Of a DNA stretch of 47,108 nt, positions 37,801 to 47,108 are shown piece by piece; position 1 is the stretch's first letter; each line of letters opens with the position of its first letter. Under the pieces are notes generated by a model that was not told where the DNA came from, did no database searches, and was given only the letters and a program-made list of their open reading frames with translations. A program made the translations under genes and the position numbers. Source of the DNA: Phoronis australis (Eukaryota; Animalia; Phoronida); assembly GCA_002633005.1 (NCBI GenBank), contig NMRA01000134.1:593925-641032 (forward strand). The letters are read 5' to 3'.

Positions 37801-40800
37801 GAAATAATTTCATTCATTATCACCTTGAGTAAACAGATAAACTATGCATTTCTTATACAGTCTGTTTGTTGTGTAATTCAACTCAAGATATGACTGGAGT
37901 CAAATTGACGTGCATGCATATGCTGGGATTTGATAACGGTAAATGACACTGGTGAGTAACTGAATTAATAAAGCATGTGAAATGGTTGTGTCATTATTGG
38001 CACATTGCCTGCATGGGTGTTATGTTTTAGTAGGGTGGCGATCAAAACAAAACAGGAGTGTATGTGTGTACTATACGCCACAAGATGTACTACAAAAAGA
38101 AGCTGTGTGTTTTTAAAAGGTGTGCCTTTTTATTTTAATTATTTTTAAAGCATTAAACTCATGCTTCTCAAAAAATGAATTTTGATTTAGACCACTTTAT
38201 CAGTTAACAAGTGGTCTTAAATTGTTCCTCAGTGCTTAGATGAGGAATTTTTCTGGACTATGGAAGAACTGACCGTGTGTTAAATCTTCAGATGAAGCTC
38301 ATAAATTTCAAGGCGCGTAATCTGAAATTTTTCATGTTAAGAAGAAATAACGCTCTGTCAGTTCTTCCATAGTCCAGACAAAAATGCCCCTATAATGCGC
38401 CTTCTACAGGAGAAAACGTTTTTTTCCCAAAATCAAGGTGCGCGTGCGCGATTGCCGATATTTCCGCCCTCTTTTATCGGAAGTTAACAATTTCCGGTAC
38501 ACATGTAGCACGCGCCCTCTTCAATAATTGTACCGATTCTCAGCCCTGTACATACAAAATTATAGCCTCCAGGAGCATTTGAATCTTAAAATGGAAACAA
38601 ATTGCCGCCATATCCGCATTCTTGAATATGATTATGACGAAAAACAATAGGCTTCCAGGACTTCCAAAACTACTTATGTGTAAATTTTGTGATTATCGGA
38701 CGAAAATTGCGACCTGTATCGTGCGAACAAACAAAAAAATATACTTGAAAGAATCCACATGCAAAAAATGACGTCTTTTTCTCTTCCCGTTTAAAATTGC
38801 ACTCCAGTACGACTGAAAATGGGTCAACATGCGCCAGATCCGCCATCTTGAAAGCAACTTCCGGTTTTTTGGCTTTGTATAATAGCATGTCATAAGAAAC
38901 TAATACCTGTAAAAATTCGAAGGAAAGATTTGCAATTTGGTTTTTCTGTTTAAGTGTTTGGTGTCTGTTTCCTGAGGACTATCTTGGGCACGCACGCTTT
39001 TCAAATATGCTGTATGAGTGTATCCTGGAGGGCTATTTTTGGAAAATTATATGATTTAGTAAAACACATTTTGTGTACATTTAAATGAAAGTACGTAATA
39101 AAAATCTGATAATAAGCGGCATAGGCTATACAAAGTGCGTACCGCGATCTACACCCCCTGCTAAGATATCGCAATTTTTGATAAAAGTACAAAATGTGCT
39201 TCCTAATATGGCTGCCTGACTTGCCCCAGAGTACAATAAAAATAATGGCCTCTAATAATTTGAATTCTTTTATGCTGCTAAACAATGAATATTTAACAAA
39301 GTGAACATTTCTCAATTCTCAGCCTCACCTTCTTTGTACTTACCTGACCTACACGAAAATACATAGTAGTAAACACCTACATGTGTGCGTTTCATTTAAC
39401 AATACTGCTTGCGAGTAGTGTGGACTAAAAAGATAACATTTTATGAGTAGACACTGTTTGCATTAGCGACAAGCAATAGATGAGGTGGGGCGGTGGAAAA
39501 GCTGACTTCTAAGTTTCACTGACGATCAAAATCTGCCAGTGTTTTGGCACTTCAAACTGAAGAATAAAAGAAAAAGAAAGCAATCGGAAAGAAGCAAAAC
39601 AAAGTATACTGGAGTTTAAAAAATAAAATGACGAAAACAATTTTGAAACATATTCAAGGCTAACGATTGTTTGGTAAATGGCCCTTTGTCAAGACGAGCC
39701 CAAGTTACCGTTTTTAATTATTTTGCAATATCTAAAATGTCATCAAACCCATACTTTCGACATTTCAGGCTACATTTCAGGAAATGCCGAAAGTATGGGT
39801 TTGACTCTGTGCAAATGTCAAATAACATTAATTTCGGTGTGATCAGCCACGACTGTTGAGAAAGTAGTGCTAACCGTTACCTTTGCGCTTAAGTAGCGTG
39901 AATACCACGGCTGATAGGCATTTTAAAAGTTGTCTGTGGGCAAAGGGAATCTCAGTGGTGACCAGTGTAAGTGAGAAATTCTTGTCATGTGAAAAGGAGT
40001 TTTTAAGTTTCATTGGGTTACCTGAGCTAAGTTGTGAATGTTCGAAAATGTGTCATAAAAGTATCAGTGGGTGACCTGAGCTAAGTTGTGAATGTTTTGA
40101 AAAGGAGTCTTTAAAGTATCCACCAGTGACACCAGTTAAGTTGTAAATGTTTGAAAAGTAGTCATAAAAGTACCTGTGAGTGACCCCAGTTAAGTGTGAA
40201 TGTTTGAAAATGAGTCGTCGTAAAAGTACAAATGAATGACTTGATTGAATTACATTGTGTTTGCAAAGAAGCATAAAAATACCAATGGGTGACCTGGTTG
40301 AGTTAATTGTGAGTGTTTGGAAAAAAAGCATTAAAGTACTGATGATTGCCTGAGTTTTGCCGCTGAACCATGAACTATAACTATTTACGGTGGGAATTTT
40401 GTTTAATTTCAGTGATTCAAGTTAAGAGTAATGTATCCAGTCTTTATCTTTCACTAGTCACACAAGTGTTCTTAGTAGCAGTATTATTTTGTCAAGAAGT
40501 CCATTCTTTTCTCTTGAGCTACATTTCTTGTGCATCACAGTGCTTTTCTTACCAACATATTTCTTTTCTCATGAACCATATTTTTTCACCCTGTGACAGG
40601 AAGCATGAGCAACATGAACTTCGATTACAGTTTCAAATTTGTCTGCGTTTGTTATAACTGGGTGCAATAATTATTGTGGATCTTGAGCGAACATTAGTGG
40701 CCTTGTAAAAGGAATTGCAGTACGTGAGAAGAGAGACATATTTGTCACAGAAAACAGCAGTTGCTGAAATAATTTGAAACATTTTTGTATTGAATGTCTA

Positions 40801-43336
40801 ACTCATTGTTAATGTATCTGAAATCAAGTACACAAAGGCATTAAACTGAAAATATTCTATAATTTTGAAATTTTTAGTGCAGTCAGAAACATATATCTCA
40901 AAGCTTTAGTCAAATGTGAGTTACGGAATTTTTTAAGGACATCAATGTTTTGTAGTGTTTGGAGTGTCGCTATTGATTCAATGACTGACAAGTCACATGA
41001 ATTATCTGTAAACAGAAACTGAATATAGGTCACCTCAGGTCAGAGACCTTATGTTTTAGATTGCTGCTGGAAGTCCACGAGGCATTAGAGTGTTTGCCTT
41101 GTCATGGCGTATGTTCAGCCGTCTGAGTTAACCACTGGGTACGTATACAAAAGATTGAAAATGATACTGACCAAAAAACGTTTTCCTGAACAGAAAACAG
41201 TTGTGGCTAGTTAACTGGTTTGACCTATCTTGTCCTCGGAGTTCTTCCTGACCAAGTAAGTTGTCTTTGTTTGCACTGTACACCTGCTGTTTGATGTCCA
41301 GCTGCTTTGATAAGTCAAGTCCACTTTCTACAATTACCTGTTTTGGTTGCTGATGCAGTGGCTTGTGTGAGCTCCTGAAACATTTTGTAATATAGAAATA
41401 ATTTCATTCATTATCACCTTGAGTAAACAGATAAACTATGCATTTCTTATACAGTCTGTTTGTTGTGTAATTCAACTCAAGATATGACTGGAGTCAAATT
41501 GACGTGCATGCATATGCTGGGATTTGATAACGGTAAATGACACTGGTGAGTAACTGAATTAATAAAGCATGTGAAATGGTTGTGTCATTATTGGCACATT
41601 GCCTGCATGGGTGTTATGTTTTAGTAGGGTGGCGATCAAAACAAAACAGGAGTGTATGTGTGTACTATACGCCACAAGATGTACTACAAAAAGAAGCTGT
41701 GTGTTTTTAAAAGGTGTGCCTTTTTATTTTAATTATTTTTAAAGCATTAAACTCATGCTTCTCAAAAAATGAATTTTGATTTAGACCACTTTATCAGTTA
41801 ACAAGTGGTCTTAAATTGTTCCTCAGTGCTTAGATGAGGAATTTTTCTGGACTATGGAAGAACTGACCGTGTGTTAAATCTTCAGATGAAGCTCATAAAT
41901 TTCAAGGCGCGTAATCTGAAATTTTTCATGTTAAGAAGAAATAACGCTCTGTCAGTTCTTCCATAGTCCAGACAAAAATGCCCCTATAATGCGCCTTCTA
42001 CAGGAGAAAACGTTTTTTTCCCAAAATCAAGGTGCGCGTGCGCGATTGCCGATATTTCCGCCCTCTTTTATCGGAAGTTAACAATTTCCGGTACACATGT
42101 AGCACGCGCCCTCTTCAATAATTGTACCGATTCTCAGCCCTGTACATACAAAATTATAGCCTCCAGGAGCATTTGAATCTTAAAATGGAAACAAATTGCC
42201 GCCATATCCGCATTCTTGAATATGATTATGACGAAAAACAATAGGCTTCCAGGACTTCCAAAACTACTTATGTGTAAATTTTGTGATTATCGGACGAAAA
42301 TTGCGACCTGTATCGTGCGAACAAACAAAAAAATATACTTGAAAGAATCCACATGCAAAAAATGACGTCTTTTTCTCTTCCCGTTTAAAATTGCACTCCA
42401 GTACGACTGAAAATGGGTCAACATGCGCCAGATCCGCCATCTTGAAAGCAACTTCCGGTTTTTTGGCTTTGTATAATAGCATGTCATAAGAAACTAATAC
42501 CTGTAAAAATTCGAAGGAAAGATTTGCAATTTGGTTTTTCTGTTTAAGTGTTTGGTGTCTGTTTCCTGAGGACTATCTTGGGCACGCACGCTTTTCAAAT
42601 ATGCTGTATGAGTGTATCCTGGAGGGCTATTTTTGGAAAATTATATGATTTAGTAAAACACATTTTGTGTACATTTAAATGAAAGTACGTAATAAAAATC
42701 TGATAATAAGCGGCATAGGCTATACAAAGTGCGTACCGCGATCTACACCCCCTGCTAAGATATCGCAATTTTTGATAAAAGTACAAAATGTGCTTCCTAA
42801 TATGGCTGCCTGACTTGCCCCAGAGTACAATAAAAATAATGGCCTCTAATAATTTGAATTCTTTTATGCTGCTAAACAATGAATATTTAACAAAGTGAAC
42901 ATTTCTCAATTCTCAGCCTCACCTTCTTTGTACTTACCTGACCTACACGAAAATACATAGTAGTAAACACCTACATGTGTGCGTTTCATTTAACAATACT
43001 GCTTGCGAGTAGTGTGGACTAAAAAGATAACATTTTATGAGTAGACACTGTTTGCATTAGCGACAAGCAATAGATGAGGTGGGGCGGTGGAAAAGCTGAC
43101 TTCTAAGTTTCACTGACGATCAAAATCTGCCAGTGTTTTGGCACTTCAAACTGAAGAATAAAAGAAAAAGAAAGCAATCGGAAAGAAGCAAAACAAAGTA
43201 TACTGGAGTTTAAAAAATAAAATGACGAAAACAATTTTGAAACATATTCAAGGCTAACGATTGTTTGGGAAATGGCCCTTTGTCAAGACGAGCCCAAGTT
43301 ACCGTTTTTAATTATTTTGCAATATCTAAAATGTCA

Positions 43337-43398
43337 TCAAACCCATACTTTCGACATTTCAGGTTACATTTCGGGAAATGTCGAAAGTATGGGTTTGA
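43337..43398. repeat. Hairpin with a perfect 24-bp stem (one mismatch in the copies at 36149-36210 and 39743-39804)
   Basis: tcaaacccatactttcgacatttc pairs with gaaatgtcgaaagtatgggtttga around a 14-nt loop. Confidence 0.85.
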
Positions 43399-43549
43399 CT
43401 CTGTGCAAATGTCAAAGAACATTAATTTCGGTGTGATCAGCCACGACTGTTGAGAAAGTACTGCTAACCATTACCTTTGCGCTTAAGTAGCGTGAATACA
43501 AGGGCTTGCTGATAGGCATTTTAAAAGTTGTCTGTGGGCAAAGGGAATC

Positions 43550-44165
43550 TCAGTGGTGACCAGTGTAAGTGAGAAATTCTTGTCATGTGAAAAGGAGTTT
43601 TTAAGTTTCATTGGGTTACCTGAGTTAAGTTGTGAATGTTTGAAAATGTGTCATAAAAGTATCAGTGTGTGACCTGAGTTAAGTTGTGAATGTTTGAAAA
43701 TAAGTCATAAAGGTGTCAGTGTGTGACCTGAGCTAAGTTGTGAATGTTTGAAAATAAGTCATAAAGGTATCAGTGTGTGACCTGAGTTAAGTTGTGAATG
43801 TTTGAAAATAAGTCATAAAGGTATCAGTGTGTGACCTGAGCTAAGTTGTGAATGTTTGAAAATGTGTCATCAAAGTATCAGTGTGTGACCTGAGTTAAGT
43901 TGTGAATGTTTTGAAAAGGAGTCTTTAAAGTATCCACGAGTGACACCAGTTAAGTTGTAAATGTTTGAAAAGTAGTCATAAAAGTACATGTGAGTGACCC
44001 CAGTTAAGTGTGAATGTTTGAAAATGAGTTGTCGTAAAAGTACAAATGAATGACTTGATTGAATTACCCATTGTGTTTGCAAAGAAGCATAAAAATACCA
44101 ATGGTTGACCTGGTTGAGTTAAATTGTGAGTGTTTGGAAAAAAAACATTAAAGTACTGATGATTG
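43550..44165. repeat. 54-bp minisatellite, expanded in array copy 3 (shorter versions at ~36350-36735 and ~39945-40330)
   Basis: Unit acctgagttaagttgtgaatgtttgaaaatgtgtcataaaagtatcagtgtgtg, with about four more units than in copies 1 and 2. Confidence 0.88.
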
Positions 44166-44842
44166 CCTGAGTTTTGCCGCTGAACCATGAACTATAACTA
44201 TTACGGTGGGAATTTTGTTTAATTTCAGTGATTCAAGTTAAGAGTAATGTATCCAGTCTTTATCTTTCACTAGTCACACAAGTGTTCTTAGTAGCAGTAT
44301 TATTTTGTCAAGAAGTCCATACTTCTCTCTTGAGCTACATTTCTTATGCATCACAGTGCTTTTCTTACCAACATATTTCTTTTCTCTTGAACCATATTTT
44401 TTTCACCCTGTGACAGGAAGCATGAGCAACATGAACTTCGATTACAGTTGCAAATTTGTCTGTGTTTGTTATAACTGGGTGCAGTAATTATTGTGGATCT
44501 TGAGCGAACATTAGTGGCCTTGTAAAAGGAATTGCAGAACGTGAGAAGAAAGACATATTTGTCACAGAAAAGAGCAGTTGCTGAAATAATTTGAAACATT
44601 TTTGTATTGAATGTCTAACTCAGTGTTAATGTATCTGAAATCAAGTACACAAAAACATTAAACTGAAAATATTCTATAATTTTGAAATTTTTAGTGCAGT
44701 CAGAAACATATATCTCAAAGCTTTAGTCAAATGTGAGTTACGAAATTTTTAAAGGACATCAATGTTTATAGTGTTTGGAGTGTCGCTATTGATTCAATGA
44801 CTGACAAGTCACATGAATTATCTGTAAACAGAAACTGAATAT

Positions 44843-44858
44843 AGGTCACCTCAGGTCA
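44843..44858 (+). promoter_or_regulatory. Perfect DR4 hormone-response element AGGTCA-cctc-AGGTCA with RORE-type 5' extension (also at 37433-37448 and 41027-41042)
   Basis: Sequence aatatAGGTCAcctcAGGTCAgagacct, ~1.1 kb upstream of the NR coding exon. Motif seen directly; function inferred. Confidence 0.5.
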
Positions 44859-45653
44859 GAGACCTTATGTTTTAGATTGCTGCTGGAAGTCCACGAGGCA
44901 TTAGAGTGTTTGCCTTGTCATGGCGTATGTTCAACCGTCTGAGTTAACCACTGGGTACGTATACAAAAGATTGAAAATGATACTGACCAAAAAACGTTTT
45001 CCTGAACAGAAAACAGTTGTGGCTAGTTATCTGGTTTGACCTATCTTGTCCTCGGAGTTCTTCCTGACCGAGTAAGTTGTCTTTGTTTGCACTGTACACC
45101 TGCTGTTTGATGTCCAGCTGCTTTGATAAGTCAAGTCCACTTTCTACAATTACCTGTTTTGGTTGCTGATGCAGTGGCTTGTGTGAGCTCCGGAAACATT
45201 TTGTAATATAGAAATAATTTCATTCATTATCACCTTGAGTAAACAGATAAACTATGCATTTCTTATACAGTCTGTTTGTTGTGTAATTCAACTCAAGATA
45301 TGACTGGAGTCAAATTGACGTGCATGCATATGCTGGGATTTGATAACGGTAAATGACACTGGTGAGTAACTGAATTAATAAAGCATGTGAAATGGTTGTG
45401 TCATTATTGGCACATTGCCTGCATGGGTGTTGTGTTTTAGTAGGGTGGCGATCAAAACAAAACAGGAGTGTATGTGTGTACTGTACGCCACAAGATGTAC
45501 TACAAAAAGAAGCTGTGTGTTTTTTAAAAGGTGTGCCTTTTATTTTAATTATTTTTAAAGCAGCATTAAACTCATGCTTCTCAAAAAATGAATTTTGATT
45601 ATCAGTTAACAAGTGGTCTTAAATTGTTCCTCAGTGCTTAGATGAGGAATTTT

Positions 45654-45787
45654 TCTGGACTATGGAAGAACTGACCGTGTGTTAAATCTTCAGATGAAGC
45701 TCATCAATTTCAAGGCGCGTAATCTGAAATTTTATGAGCTTCATGTTAAGAAGAAATAACGCTCTGTCAGTTCTTCCATAGTCCAGA
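45654..45787. repeat. ~134-bp fold-back (also at 38252-38378 and the equivalent position in copy 2)
   Basis: tctggactatggaagaactgac pairs with gtcagttcttccatagtccaga. Inner arms are atgaagctcat / atgagcttcat. Confidence 0.85.
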
Positions 45788-45974
45788 GGTCACTTCTAAA
45801 CTGAGTAAGAAAGGAGACTAGATCAACTGTAAGTGGCGTAAATCAAAACAGACTTTTTATCAGGAAGCATGTGTTTAACGCCCCTTTAAGTGAAAAATCT
45901 CTGAAAAGCACATCCAACTTTTGTCGAATGATTTTCTTTAATATTCGCAGTCACTAGCACTCCTTCAGTTCGCC

Positions 45975-46214
45975 ATGGAGGATGCTAGGGAAGAACCTTC
46001 CTCGACTTCGTGCGCTGTCCTACAGGCGGCACCACCGCAGCCACAAGCATCGTCGTCCACCATTAGCAAATCGGACTGGAAGGGGCTGATGGATCCTGAT
46101 GATTCTTCACCCACGGGAGGGAGTACTGAGGTGCCTCTCCTGCCCCCGTGTAGAGTGTGTGGTGAGAAGGCATCAGGTCTACACTATGGGGTCAACACAT
46201 GTGAGGCTTGTAAG
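45975..46214 (+). CDS. Nuclear receptor (NR1-like, CEACK P-box): first coding exon with A/B region and first C4 zinc finger; partial gene
   Basis: Translation ends [25 protein letters not shown], the canonical NR finger-1 pattern CxxC...HYGVxxCExCK. Phase-0 donor AAG|gtaatg directly after the P-box, a usual NR intron position. Acceptor ttcgcag| at 45950 and a good ATG context (gccATGG). Remaining exons lie outside the window. Confidence 0.93.
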
Positions 46215-46382
46215 GTAATGTTATTGGCCTGTTCAAAATGAGTATTCATCATAGATCTTGTGTAATAATAATGATGATGATAATCATAATCTTAAACATG
46301 CTACGAACATTCCCACTAAATAAGATTGGTCCTAACCCCAGTGGTTAAGGTAAACGGTGGGGTATGGAAAATTGAACTAGAA

Positions 46383-46540
46383 CAATGTGCAGGCCATGTT
46401 CAATGTGCAGGCCATGTTCAATGTGCAGGCCATGTTCAATGTGCAGGCCATGTTCAATGTACAGGCCATGTTCAATGTACAGGCCATGTTCAATATAAAA
46501 CAGGCCATGTTCAATGTACAGGCCATGTTCAATGCAAAAC
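46383..46540. repeat. 18-bp intronic minisatellite, ~8 copies
   Basis: Unit caatgt(g/a)caggccatgtt, with one 21-bp variant. Confidence 0.95.
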
Positions 46541-46829
46541 TGGCAACTGCATATCCTCTGCAGCCTCTGTCCAAGTTAATCATAAAACATATATGTAACC
46601 ATTGTGTCAAGTTGTATTGATCAATGTCATCTATTTTAGATTATTTCCCAATAATTTTCTACACAAACGCCATCATAATTAGTCTTCCACAAGTCCTTAC
46701 ACCTCTTCACGCTACACAAGTTTTTCATGTCATTCTCCAGATCTCCCACCATGCAGTAACAACCATAAAACTGCAGAAAACAAACGACTTACTTTATCAA
46801 GGAGATAGAGAAAGAGATGGACATCATTA

Positions 46830-47108
<279 letters not shown>

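Larger units (their letters stand above)
34411..45787. repeat. Tandem array with 3594-bp period, three copies (junctions at 38385 and 41979)
   Basis: Identical ORFs recur at 35076/38670/42264 and 35407/39001/42595. Junction sequence is agtccaga-caaaaa-tgcccctata. Copy 3 diverges after ~43270. An N lies at 34866. Confidence 0.97.

Noticed and set aside
35076-44599. ORFs repeated in each array unit
   Set aside because: No domains recognised, several are disrupted in copy 3, and they recur only because of the duplication.
44876-45071. Upstream coding exons for the NR (MAYVQPSELTT, 44876-44954; 45010-45071)
   Set aside because: Splice phases are incompatible with the phase-0 acceptor at 45950. 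At most these are unproven UTR exons.
46326-46620. Repetitive ORFs (CAGHVQ)n, (QAMFNV)n and (ACTLNM)n
   Set aside because: By-products of an 18-bp intronic minisatellite that is open in several frames.

Overview
AT-rich, repeat-dense eukaryotic DNA, probably from a lophotrochozoan invertebrate (inferred from the nuclear-receptor zinc-finger type). Only three likely host coding exons are visible. (1) The first DNA-binding-domain exon of an NR1-like nuclear receptor with a CEACK P-box (+, 45975-46214). (2) An intact internal RUVBL2/Reptin exon (-, 46863-46992). The two exons end in splice donors pointing at each other, so the genes would have to interleave, and I could not find the next RUVBL2 exon in the window. 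(3) A probable first coding exon of an unidentified minus-strand gene (24974-25175). Upstream of the receptor exon lies a tandem array with a 3594-bp period (three copies, next to an assembly N). It triplicates a perfect AGGTCA DR4/RORE element, two fold-backs and a 54-bp minisatellite, and the third copy switches to a diverged sequence part-way through. The rest is DNA-transposon material: a decayed Kolobok-like element (TTAA TSD, THAP remnant, ~310-bp TIRs formed from a duplicated 5' end), pogo-like TA elements, CAG-ended elements with 5- and 6-bp TSDs including a three-level nest, several MITEs, and minisatellites. Most ORFs in the supplied track look spurious. All calls were made by eye, with no database searches.
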